From the NCBI GenBank assembly GCA_036733305.1, contig DAINAT010000006.1:412-64411 (forward strand): a DNA stretch of 64,000 nt, given 5' to 3'. Below the pieces are notes generated by a model. The model had not been told where the DNA came from. It saw only the letters and a program-made list of their open reading frames with translations, and made no database searches. Below are positions 10,455 through 19,022 of the stretch, piece after piece. The position numbers and the translations under genes were made by a program. Position 1 is the stretch's first letter. The number at the start of each line of letters is the position of its first letter. The DNA is from Hyphomonadaceae bacterium (GTDB lineage Bacteria; Pseudomonadota; Alphaproteobacteria; Caulobacterales; Hyphomonadaceae).

Positions 10455-10724
10455 CTAGCGATAGTTCTGCAGGCGTGTGGTGCGAAGACCCTTTACGCCA
10501 TGACGTTCGTACAGACGTTCCCAGCCGCCGAACTCTTCTTTCGAGAGTTCATAGCGATCGCAGGCGTCTTCGGCGGTCAGAAGGCCACCGTGCACTGCGG
10601 CCACGACTTCTGCCTTGCGGCGGGTGACCCAGCGTTGAATTCCCGGCGCCGGAAGATCCGCCAGGGTAATTTGACGTCCGTCCGGGCCCACGACGGCCGC
10701 GCTGGACGCGCTTTGGCTCAGCAT
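10455..10724 (-). CDS. sciP: DUF1153-type small HTH regulator, SciP-like (CtrA-associated cell-cycle regulator)
   Basis: 89 aa. Motif WVTRRKAEVVAAVHGGLLTAEDACDRYELSKEEF...RLQNYR. Sits between flgE and the fliF operon, the position of sciP in C. crescentus as I recall it. Confidence 0.65.
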   Translation of the reverse strand: MLSQSASSAAVVGPDGRQITLADLPAPGIQRWVTRRKAEVVAAVHGGLLTAEDACDRYELSKEEFGGWERLYERHGVKGLRTTRLQNYR

Positions 10725-10984
10725 GGAAAACTCCGTTTGCTGCTCTTACTATGGCGTGACCATACGGACCGGGTCCTAAGGTCACGCTCAGCGCGACGAG
10801 ACGCTTTCCAAGAAACAATCGGCAAATTTGCACGATCGCAGAAAGGTTGTGGCGACGTTCTGCCGCCGGCCTCCGAAGAGGCGTAGAGGCGAGTGGTGAT
10901 GCGCGCAGCCGAGTTCACACGCCTTCTGCGTGCCCAGAACTGAATGTGCTGACGCGAAATCACCACTCGCTACCTCTTAGAGAC

Positions 10985-12361
10985 CTAGCGCTTCAGCCTG
11001 ATGAGCTCGTCGAGCATTTCATCAGCCGTGGTGATGATCTTCGACGACGCCGAGTAGGCGCGCTGGGTCATGATGAGATTCGAGAATTCTTCCGCGAGGT
11101 CGACGGTCGACGATTCCAGCGCCCGCGCCTTGATCTCGCCCGTGCCGCCGACGCCGGCGCCGCGCATGGTGAGAGCGCCTGCATTCGGCCCAAGGCGATA
11201 GACGCCGCCGTTTTCCGGAAGAAGGCCATCGACGTTGCCGAACATGGCCAGCGGTATCTGGTAGATGCGGCGGGTGAGGCCGTTGGTGAAGATGGCTGTG
11301 ACGAAGCCATCATCGTCCACGTCCACCGACGCGAGCGAGCCGAACGGCGTGCCGTTGGCCGGCGAGGTGCCGAGGATCGACGGAGAGTCGTAATTGGTGA
11401 GACCGCCTGGAGAATTGGGGCCGCCCATGTCGAGCGTGATGGTCTGCGCTGCGAGGCCGAGACCAGCATCCCATTCCGGGCCAGCGTTGGCGCCAGCCAT
11501 GCCGATGGTGATGGTGGTGGGCAGGGTGGAGTTAGCGGTGTCGATTTGTCCGAACGGCGTGAAAGCGACCATACCGGTTGCAACCTGGCCATCGACAAGC
11601 GTGCTGCCGCCCGGATCGATATCGCCCGCTGCCATGTGGACTTCGGTGTACCACTGGTTCGGGCCAGCCTTCAGGAACGACATGGTCAACGTGTGCAGGC
11701 CGCCCTGGCTGTCATAGACCTGGACCGGAACCTGGAAATCCGGCGTAACCTGGCCAGACGCCATGTTGTTGGCGCTGTCAGCCGCGTCATACGTGCCGTT
11801 CACGACAGCCTGGGAGAGTTCGTGCGACGATTGCAGGTTCGCCGACAGTGAGACAGTGCTCGTTGCTTCTGCGCCGCCCGCGATGCCCGAGACGCGGACC
11901 GCCTGAAGTGCGCTGAGGTCGGTGGGGTTGGTGGCGACGGCGCCCGTAGCGTCGACAGGCCAGCCCTGGAGATAATAGCCCGCAGTGTTCTGCAGATAGC
12001 CATTGGCGTCCGGCGTGAACTGCCCGGCGCGCGTGTAAAGGTAGGGGTCGGTTGTGCCGGCGTTGTCGCTGCGCCCGCGGACGACGAAGAAGCCATTTCC
12101 CGAAACTGCAAGGTGTGTCGACACTGACGAGGCGACTGCAGAACCCTGCTCGCTCATCAGCGGCGAGGAGTGAGACATCACGCCGCCCGCGCTGTAAGTG
12201 GGTTGGCTGTTCCTGGAGTTGAGCAGCGACGTGAAGTCGTTGCGGAGGCGCTTGTAGCCAACCGTGTTGACGTTCGCGATGTTGTCCGAGATCGCCGCGA
12301 GCGCGCTCGAGTTGGCTCGCATGCCAGATGCGCCGGCGAGCATGGCGGAGTTGATACTCAT
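10985..12361 (-). CDS. flgE: flagellar hook protein FlgE
   Basis: N-terminal rod/hook motif SGMRANSSALAAISDNIANVNTVGYKR. C-terminal LESSTVDLAEEFSNLIMTQRAYSASSKIITTADEM. Confidence 0.93.
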   Translation of the reverse strand: MSINSAMLAGASGMRANSSALAAISDNIANVNTVGYKRLRNDFTSLLNSRNSQPTYSAGGVMSHSSPLMSEQGSAVASSVSTHLAVSGNGFFVVRGRSDNAGTTDPYLYTRAGQFTPDANGYLQNTAGYYLQGWPVDATGAVATNPTDLSALQAVRVSGIAGGAEATSTVSLSANLQSSHELSQAVVNGTYDAADSANNMASGQVTPDFQVPVQVYDSQGGLHTLTMSFLKAGPNQWYTEVHMAAGDIDPGGSTLVDGQVATGMVAFTPFGQIDTANSTLPTTITIGMAGANAGPEWDAGLGLAAQTITLDMGGPNSPGGLTNYDSPSILGTSPANGTPFGSLASVDVDDDGFVTAIFTNGLTRRIYQIPLAMFGNVDGLLPENGGVYRLGPNAGALTMRGAGVGGTGEIKARALESSTVDLAEEFSNLIMTQRAYSASSKIITTADEMLDELIRLKR

Positions 12362-12476
12362 AGTCGAAGCTCCCAGAAAGCCTGCGGGCGCAGGGCTCGT
12401 TACTGTCGGGTTGTCGGCCGCTTATGCAGCCAGGCGGCGCGCTTCTGCGCCGGAGAGTTGGTCGTTGGCCGGCGAC

Positions 12477-13175
12477 CTAGTTGACGGTGGTTGTCGTAGC
12501 CGGGGTCGTGGCGGTGTTCATGCGTTTGATGTCGGAGAACGCGAACACGCCGGCAGGCGTCGTGAGGGCGGGCTCGCCATAGGTGAGGTCAACGCCGGTG
12601 ATCTTGGTGATCAGCGAATGCACGGGCGTGATGGCTTTCTTGTCGGCGTCTTCGGCGACGACGCTGATCCAGTAGGGCTTGTCGACAGAGGCTGTGCCGC
12701 CTTTGAGGAGTTCGCCGTTCCAGGTGAAGTCGTGCGTGCCGGCCTTGAGCTCGCCGGTTTTCGAATAGAGCACCTTGCCCGTCGCATCGGTGACGGTGAC
12801 GGTTGTGGAGGTGGCGTCCTTGGGCAGTTCGTACTGCCACCTGACCGGCTCGCCGGTGAATTGTGCGCCGGCTGTATCAACGACGGCTTCCTGACCGAGA
12901 TAGCCCGCCAGCGAGGCGCCGGCGCTGGAGTTGGTCGACTTGATCAGCGTTTCGAGCTGCGAGTTGACGCGGATCTGCTGTTCGACGCCGGAGAACTGGA
13001 CGAGCTGGTCGGTGAACTGCGTTGAATCCATCGGCTCGAGCGGGTCCTGGTTCTGGATCTGCGCGGTGAGGATGGTGAGGAAGGTGTCGAAGTTGCTCGA
13101 CAGCGACGCGGCGGATGTAGCGGCGTTTCCGGTTGTGGCGGTCGGGGTCGGGACGAAGGAAATCAGGTCAGACAT
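12477..13175 (-). CDS. flgD: flagellar hook capping/assembly protein FlgD
   Basis: FlgD N-terminal motif FLTILTAQIQNQDPLEPMDSTQFTDQLVQFSGVEQ followed by an Ig-like C-terminal domain. Confidence 0.9.
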   Translation of the reverse strand: MSDLISFVPTPTATTGNAATSAASLSSNFDTFLTILTAQIQNQDPLEPMDSTQFTDQLVQFSGVEQQIRVNSQLETLIKSTNSSAGASLAGYLGQEAVVDTAGAQFTGEPVRWQYELPKDATSTTVTVTDATGKVLYSKTGELKAGTHDFTWNGELLKGGTASVDKPYWISVVAEDADKKAITPVHSLITKITGVDLTYGEPALTTPAGVFAFSDIKRMNTATTPATTTTVN

Positions 13176-13187
13176 GTTTCAGCTCCT

Positions 13188-14609
13188 TCACGCGACGACG
13201 TCGAGCCGCGACGACGAACGCCAGGGGCGTGCGGCGGCAGCTGTCTGTGCATCTACGGCGACATCGACGGTGTTGAAGCCGCGCCACACATTGGCGGAGC
13301 GGGCATTGCCGTCCTTGTCGTTGAAATTGTTCGCGGGGTTGCGGCCCTGGTCGCCGGACAGTTCGAAACGGATGCCGTCCTTGGCGAGATCGATGCCGGC
13401 ATCGCTGAGCGCGCGTTCGAGGGAGCGCTGGCCGCGCATCAGGTCGGTGAGGGCGGCGCTGTCGTGGGCGGCGAGGACGGCGTGGACCTTCTTGTCGGCG
13501 CCGACTTCGATGCGGACGTCGACGCGGCCGAGTTCAGCCGGGTCGAGGCGGATTTCGTAGCGCTGGGCGCGGCCATCGAAACGCTCGACCATGCGTTGAT
13601 AGACCTGCACGGTCGTGGCGGGGGCGTTCTGCATGGCCGGGTTGGCGGCAGTGGCGCGTGCTGTGTCGGTGGCGGTCGTACGAGCGGAGGCGAGGGCGTC
13701 GACCGTGGTGGTGGTGGACGGCGTGGCGGTATCGGCTTTGATATCGGGTGCGGTGTCTGTCGTGGCCGTGTTGGCGGCAACCTGAGTGGCCTTGGCCTGG
13801 ACGCCTTGCGTCTTGTTGGCGGCAGGGTCTGCGGCGGCGTTGGTGGTCGCGGCGGACTTGGTGGTGGAGGTGTTTGCGGTTTCCGCGGTCGCGGACATGC
13901 GCTCTTCGCCGGGGGCAGAGAGGGCGGCGGCATCTTCAGCCGATGCGTCCGGAGCGGGTGTTGCGAGTGCCGCGGTTTGCGTAGGAGCAGCAGGCTTCCT
14001 GGCGGTGGTCGCGGGCGCGATGACGGCTTCGCCGGTCTGTTGTTCGGCGCTGTCGGTTGCCTGCGGGGTTGCGGCTTGCGGAGCGGCGGCGGGTTTGGCG
14101 GCCGCTTGCGCAGCGCCTGTAGCGCCTGCAACGGCAGCGGTTGCAGCGGCAGCGGCGTCGATGGCGGGGACGTCCGCGCCGGCTTCGGCTACGGGGGCGT
14201 CGGTCGGCGCGGCTTGCGTGAGGCCGGCGAGGATGGCTTGGGCCGAGTTCACGGCCGTCGGCTGTTGTTGCTGCGACTGAACAGGTTGCGCGGCGATGTT
14301 CGTGTCGGCGACGGCCGGCTCGTCCTTGGCGGTTGCTTCTTTAGCAGCCGGCTCTTTGGACGACGTCTCTTTGGTTGCGGCTTCCGGTTCGGACGTTTCA
14401 GCGTCCAGGGCGTCGGCGAAGCTCGTGCGGTCGTCGTCGCGCGAAGCATCCTTCGCGACCGGTTCGGGCCGGGCGACGGGCTTCGGTGCGATGATGTCGA
14501 CGGCTGAGGTCACGCCTGGTCCATGCTTACTCGCTCCGGCCCATGGCGGGCGCGGTGCGTGAGATGTGTGTGCAACCTGCGAGCCAGTAATCTTTAGGAT
14601 GAAAAGCAC
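13188..14609 (-). CDS. fliK: flagellar hook-length control protein FliK (start uncertain)
   Basis: C-terminal FliK domain RYEIRLDPAELGRVDVRIEVGADKKVHAVLAAHDSAALTDLMRGQRSLERALSDAGI. The rest is a long Ala/Thr/Pro low-complexity region. The ORF-track start is a GTG followed by rare codons (CTA, ATT, ACT). An in-frame GTG at 14513 is an alternative start. Confidence 0.75.
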   Translation of the reverse strand: MLFILKITGSQVAHTSHAPRPPWAGASKHGPGVTSAVDIIAPKPVARPEPVAKDASRDDDRTSFADALDAETSEPEAATKETSSKEPAAKEATAKDEPAVADTNIAAQPVQSQQQQPTAVNSAQAILAGLTQAAPTDAPVAEAGADVPAIDAAAAATAAVAGATGAAQAAAKPAAAPQAATPQATDSAEQQTGEAVIAPATTARKPAAPTQTAALATPAPDASAEDAAALSAPGEERMSATAETANTSTTKSAATTNAAADPAANKTQGVQAKATQVAANTATTDTAPDIKADTATPSTTTTVDALASARTTATDTARATAANPAMQNAPATTVQVYQRMVERFDGRAQRYEIRLDPAELGRVDVRIEVGADKKVHAVLAAHDSAALTDLMRGQRSLERALSDAGIDLAKDGIRFELSGDQGRNPANNFNDKDGNARSANVWRGFNTVDVAVDAQTAAAARPWRSSSRLDVVA

Positions 14610-14743
14610 CTGCGAATGCGCATTTCACTGGTTAACAGCGCCGCGCTTCAGCCACGCAAAGCGGCAAGTTGCGGCAGAGTGGTGGGTAGATGTTGCCGGG
14701 CCAGGAATGCCGACAGATGCGCTCAATTTCAGGGATCAGCGAC

Positions 14744-14758
14744 TGGCCCGCAACTTGC
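14744..14758 (+). promoter_or_regulatory. candidate sigma-54 promoter for flgK-flgL
   Basis: TGGCCC-GCAAC-TTGC matches the TGGCAC-N5-TTGC spacing exactly. It lies 192 nt upstream of the flgK ATG. Confidence 0.6.
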
Positions 14759-14768
14759 GTGGTTAACG

Positions 14769-14783
14769 GCAACGTTGCGGCCA
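14769..14783 (-). promoter_or_regulatory. candidate sigma-54 promoter for fliK-flgD-flgE
   Basis: Minus strand reads TGGCCG-CAACG-TTGC (plus strand GCAACGTTGCGGCCA). It points toward fliK. Confidence 0.6.
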
Positions 14784-14949
14784 GCGAGCCGGGGCGTTCG
14801 GGGCAGAAGCCCCCATCGCGCAAGTTTTCGCGAATGTATTCAGGATGATGGAACGAAGCCGGTGAAACTGTCCGCATAGAGTGGCTCGGCAGATCGCGCC
14901 TACCCAGCATGTTGGGCGGCAAAATCTGCAGGGCGATGGAGATGCGATC

Positions 14950-17064
14950 ATGTCGATCAGCAGCATCATGAGCACCGGCCTGTCGGCGCTGTCTGCGAAC
15001 CAGGCTGCGTTGAAGGCGACGTCGACCAACGTCGCGAACGTCAACACGGTTGGCTATTCGCGTCTCGATGTGCAGTTCATCTCGCGCCAGGCGTCTGGCG
15101 GGCTGTCGGGCGTCGAGATCGAAGTGCGGCGGGTGGCGAACGCTTATCTCGCGGCAGCCGAGATGCGTGGCGCGGCGGATGTGGCATCGGCCGATATCAT
15201 GTCTCAGTTCATGGATCGCGCGCAGGGTCTGCTGGGTGATCCGTCGGATTCGGCAGGCGTTCTGGGATCGCTGGACAAGGTGTTTGCGAGTTTTGGCGCG
15301 CTGGCGCTGGACCCGTCATCCGCGCTGCGCCGGTCGTCGACCATGTCGGACCTGCAGACGATGCTGTCGCAGTTCGATACCACGGCGCGGGAGTTCCAGG
15401 CGCTGCGGGATGAGGCGCACTCGCGCGTTGCTGCTTCAGTGGACGAGGCCAACTCGCTGCTGTCCGGGATTTCCAAGTTGAATGCCGCGATCCAGCGCTC
15501 GACCGTTTCGGGTTCGCAGGCCAGCGAGGCGGAGACGGAACAGCAGCGCATGCTCGACCGCCTGTCGGAGATCATGGATATCCGCACGCAACCGCGCAGG
15601 CTCGGCGGCGTCGAAGTGCGGACGACGGATGGGATGCTGCTGGTCGATTCGGATGCGGCGCAGCTCGGCTTCTCATCGACCACGAATGGCGAGCCGTATC
15701 CGGCGCTTGTGATAAAGTCGCCGCGTTCCTCGACCGAGATGCCGCTGGAAACCCACCTGCAGGGCGGCGAGCTGAAGGGCCTGCTGAAAACGCGCGACAA
15801 GGAAATCGTCAGCCTGCAACAGGCGTTTGGCGAGTTCTCGGCGGGAACGGCAGATGCGTTGAATGCTGCGCACAACGCAGCCAGCCGCGTGCCGGCGCCG
15901 GAGACGATGACGGGGCGCAATACCGGACTGCTCGAAGACGATCTGCTGAACTTCTCGGGCGTCACCAATATCGCCGTGGTGGACAATGAAGGTAACGTGA
16001 TCCGCAACTTCCGGATCGATTTCAACAACGGCCAGATCCTTGACGACCAGGCGGCCATAACGCCGTTCGGTACGACGATTGGCAGCCTGCGCGATGCGCT
16101 GAACACCGCCATGGACCCGGATGCGGAGATGACGTTCGCAGGCGGCGTGATGAGCATTGCCGCGGACGTGCCGAACACGACGGGGATTGTGGTCGCCGAT
16201 GACCCGTCAAATCCGGCTTCGCGTGCAGGGCGGGGCTTCTCCCATACGTTTGGCCTGAACGATCTGATCACGCATTCGCAGCAGACGAGCTATGTGACTG
16301 GCCTGTCGGCGGCGGATGACCATGGCTTCGCCGATGGCACGATCAAGTTCGCGATCCGCAATCATGATGGCTCGATCGTTCGCACCTTCGATTTCGCGGT
16401 CACGTCAGGCACAAGCCTCGGCACACTGCGCACCCAGCTGAACACCGCGCTTCAGGGCTACGGCACGGCGACACTGGATGCCAATGGCAGGCTGCAGCTT
16501 ACGGCGACCGGCAACAATGTCGGCAGCATCGATGTGCTGCAGGATGATACGGAGCGGGGCGATACGGGCATCTCGATGTCGGAGATGTTCGGCTTCGGCG
16601 AACAACTTGGCATTGCCCGCGCGCGTGGCCTGTCAATCCGGGAAGATATCAAGACTGACCCGAACAAGCTTTCGGCGGCGCAGGCAGACCTCGCGGGCGC
16701 TGCATCCGGTATGCGCGTGCTGGCGACGGGCGACGGTCGTGGCGCGCTGACGCTGGAAGCGGCGGCGACGAAACAGCGTACGTTCGCAAGCGCGGGTGGC
16801 GTTGGCGGTCAGACGTCGTCGGTGATGGACTATGCTGCGCGACTTGCGGGCCATGCTGGCGCGCGCGCCGAAGCATTCGACGGTGCGAAGGCCGCCGCCA
16901 CATCTGTACGCGAAGAAGTGAAGACGCGCCGGATGAGCGAAGAGGGCGTGAACCTCGACGAAGAGCTCGTGAAGATGACTACCTATCAGCAGGCCTATGC
17001 CGCCGCCTCACGCATGATCCAGGCGGCACGGGATCTGTTCGATATTACGCTGAACATGGTTTGA
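14950..17064 (+). CDS. flgK: flagellar hook-associated protein 1 FlgK
   Basis: N-terminus MSISSIMSTGLSALSANQAALKATSTNVANVNTVGYSR. C-terminus GVNLDEELVKMTTYQQAYAAASRMIQAARD. I chose the ATG at 14950 (GGAG 8 nt upstream) rather than the ORF-track GTG at 14881. Confidence 0.9.
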   Translation: MSISSIMSTGLSALSANQAALKATSTNVANVNTVGYSRLDVQFISRQASGGLSGVEIEVRRVANAYLAAAEMRGAADVASADIMSQFMDRAQGLLGDPSDSAGVLGSLDKVFASFGALALDPSSALRRSSTMSDLQTMLSQFDTTAREFQALRDEAHSRVAASVDEANSLLSGISKLNAAIQRSTVSGSQASEAETEQQRMLDRLSEIMDIRTQPRRLGGVEVRTTDGMLLVDSDAAQLGFSSTTNGEPYPALVIKSPRSSTEMPLETHLQGGELKGLLKTRDKEIVSLQQAFGEFSAGTADALNAAHNAASRVPAPETMTGRNTGLLEDDLLNFSGVTNIAVVDNEGNVIRNFRIDFNNGQILDDQAAITPFGTTIGSLRDALNTAMDPDAEMTFAGGVMSIAADVPNTTGIVVADDPSNPASRAGRGFSHTFGLNDLITHSQQTSYVTGLSAADDHGFADGTIKFAIRNHDGSIVRTFDFAVTSGTSLGTLRTQLNTALQGYGTATLDANGRLQLTATGNNVGSIDVLQDDTERGDTGISMSEMFGFGEQLGIARARGLSIREDIKTDPNKLSAAQADLAGAASGMRVLATGDGRGALTLEAAATKQRTFASAGGVGGQTSSVMDYAARLAGHAGARAEAFDGAKAAATSVREEVKTRRMSEEGVNLDEELVKMTTYQQAYAAASRMIQAARDLFDITLNMV

Positions 17065-17076
17065 GGACGATAGATC

Positions 17077-18000
17077 ATGGCGCGCATCTCTTCAGCAATG
17101 ATTCCGGCCTCTTCGCTGGCCGATATTTCCCGGGCGCAGCAGCAGCTGGTTGAAGCTGCCCGGCAGAGTTCGTCGCAGACGAAGGCGACCGACCTCAAGG
17201 GCTATGGACGCGAGTCGCAGACGCTGGTGTCGGCTGAGCGGCTGGTGGCGCGCAATCAGAGCTTCCAGGCCAACGCGCGCGAACTGACGACGCGGATGAC
17301 AATCCAGGACGTGGCCCTGGGCCGCGCCGCCGATGCTGTCAGTCAGCTGAAGGATACGCTGTTCCAGAATGTCAGCCTCGGTAGCGGCGAAGGCATACGC
17401 GTGTCGCTGAACGAAGCCTTTGAGGTTCTCAAGGGCGCGATGAACACGAGTGTCGGCGGCCGCTACCTGTTCGGTGGCGTGATGAACGAGAATGCGCCCG
17501 TGACGGCGGCGTCGCTGAGCGATCTGGCCGCCAACCCGCTCGAGGACTCGATCGCTACAGGCGAGGAGCCGCAATTCATGCGGGTCGAGGATAGCCGAAC
17601 CATCCAGGCTGGCCTCGTTGCGGATGATGTCATTTCGGGCGCTTTCGAATCGTTGAAGCGGCTTACCGAGCTTCATGAAGGGCCGGATGGCCCGTTCGAT
17701 GGGCCGCTGACCCCGACGCAGCGGACTGCGCTCGAGAGTGAGCTGCAGTCGTTGTCGGCCGCATTCAACAACATTCTCACGGCGCAATCCGAGAATGGAC
17801 GCCTGATGAAGGATGTCGACAACGCGACATCGCGCCTGACGTCACAGTATAATGCGCTGGATGAAGTGATCGGCGGGATTACGAATGTCGACCTTGCGGA
17901 GGTTGCGGTGCGTCTCAACCAGGCGCAGTTCGCCTACCAGTCCTCTGCGAGCATTTTCAACACGCTGCGGAATATGTCGCTTCTCGATGTTCTGAAGTAG
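17077..18000 (+). CDS. flgL: flagellar hook-associated protein 3 FlgL
   Basis: 307 aa, flagellin-like. C-terminus VDLAEVAVRLNQAQFAYQSSASIFNTLRNMSLLD. Starts 12 nt after the flgK stop. Confidence 0.85.
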   Translation: MARISSAMIPASSLADISRAQQQLVEAARQSSSQTKATDLKGYGRESQTLVSAERLVARNQSFQANARELTTRMTIQDVALGRAADAVSQLKDTLFQNVSLGSGEGIRVSLNEAFEVLKGAMNTSVGGRYLFGGVMNENAPVTAASLSDLAANPLEDSIATGEEPQFMRVEDSRTIQAGLVADDVISGAFESLKRLTELHEGPDGPFDGPLTPTQRTALESELQSLSAAFNNILTAQSENGRLMKDVDNATSRLTSQYNALDEVIGGITNVDLAEVAVRLNQAQFAYQSSASIFNTLRNMSLLDVLK

Positions 18001-18066
18001 CGGGCTGAGGCAGCCGGCGGGCAGGTCTCCCTACTCGTGGCGAAGATTTTGCTGTAGCGGGAGCCG

Positions 18067-18252
18067 ATGACCGCGCCTTCCGCATTCCCGCGCCCACCGA
18101 ACAAGCCGGATGATGAATCCTGCTGTCATCGCGGCTGTTGCCCTTGCATATTCGATTATTACTGGGACGCCCTGGCGCGCTGGGATGAGACAGTGCGGGA
18201 GATGGGCGGGGACCCCGACGCGGAACTCGCGGTGCTGGGACGTACGCGCTAG
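18067..18252 (+). CDS. small Cys-rich protein, oxidoreductase-like (Oxidored-like N-terminal domain type)
   Basis: 61 aa. PPNKPDDESCCHRGCCPCIFDYYWDAL fits the P-x-KP...CC-x2-GC-x2-C-x3-Y pattern of that family as I recall it. GGGAG lies just upstream of the ATG. Confidence 0.5.
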   Translation: MTAPSAFPRPPNKPDDESCCHRGCCPCIFDYYWDALARWDETVREMGGDPDAELAVLGRTR

Positions 18253-18319
18253 GGGCGCCCGGGAAGGCCGGTTTGGCCGGAGATATCGACATCGCTATCT
18301 GGCGGGTGAGTGCAGCTAG

Positions 18320-18949
18320 CTAGGCTGGCAGGGCCGGGTAGTGCTCCATCGCAAGTGTGATGCGGTCCAGCGCTGTGGCGACACGTTCCTTGTGGTGGCG
18401 GCTCGCCCGCTTGAGGTAGATCGGTTGGGTCACGGCCAGGTGCCGGACGATGTCGCAGGCGCCAAGAATCAGCGGCGGGATTTCGCGCAGGTCGGTCGTC
18501 CAGCCATCGACGCTGAAATGCAGGAAGGTGTTGCGGAGTTCGACGAGCGCATCGAAGGCGTCGTTGATCTCCTTGTTGAGCGGTAGCTGGTAGGGTGGAC
18601 GCAGGAAGAACGGGTCGCCCGTGCGGCGGAGGAGTTCGAGCGGCGAGACGATGCGGGGTTCGCGCACGGCGAGGGGCGCGGGACCCTTGCGGCCGGCTTT
18701 CGTCCAGCGAACGACTTCGCGGGCGTCGGTGCGGGTCATTCCTTTGGTGCCGAACTCGTCGCCGGTGTCGAGGGCGCAGAGGCAGGCATTCTGAACTCCG
18801 AGCGTCATCGAGATGATGAGCCAGCGCCAGGCGCCGTGATCTTCCGTGACCTTGTCCGCCTGTTCGGCGGCGAACTCGATGCAGGCCAGCAGCTCGCGCG
18901 GCTGGTTGGTCTGGAAGAGATATGTTTCGGGCGTTTCAGTGTCAGACAT
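18320..18949 (-). CDS. hypothetical all-helical protein with an R-N-x3-H (HEPN-like) motif
   Basis: 209 aa with native-looking composition. Motif ELRNTFLHF at about residue 150. Monocistronic, with convergent and divergent neighbours. Confidence 0.6.
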   Translation of the reverse strand: MSDTETPETYLFQTNQPRELLACIEFAAEQADKVTEDHGAWRWLIISMTLGVQNACLCALDTGDEFGTKGMTRTDAREVVRWTKAGRKGPAPLAVREPRIVSPLELLRRTGDPFFLRPPYQLPLNKEINDAFDALVELRNTFLHFSVDGWTTDLREIPPLILGACDIVRHLAVTQPIYLKRASRHHKERVATALDRITLAMEHYPALPA

Positions 18950-19022
18950 GACGGGAAGCTAGCGCTGTAACTGGGCTTTGCGAAGTCTTGAGCCTGTCGC
19001 GTGGCGCCCATAGATTCGCGGG

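Noticed and set aside
13439-14131. 230-aa Pro-rich minus-strand ORF and several plus-strand ORFs inside fliK
   Set aside because: They are alternative frames of the Ala/Thr/Pro low-complexity region of fliK. Only the fliK frame ends in the conserved FliK C-terminal domain.
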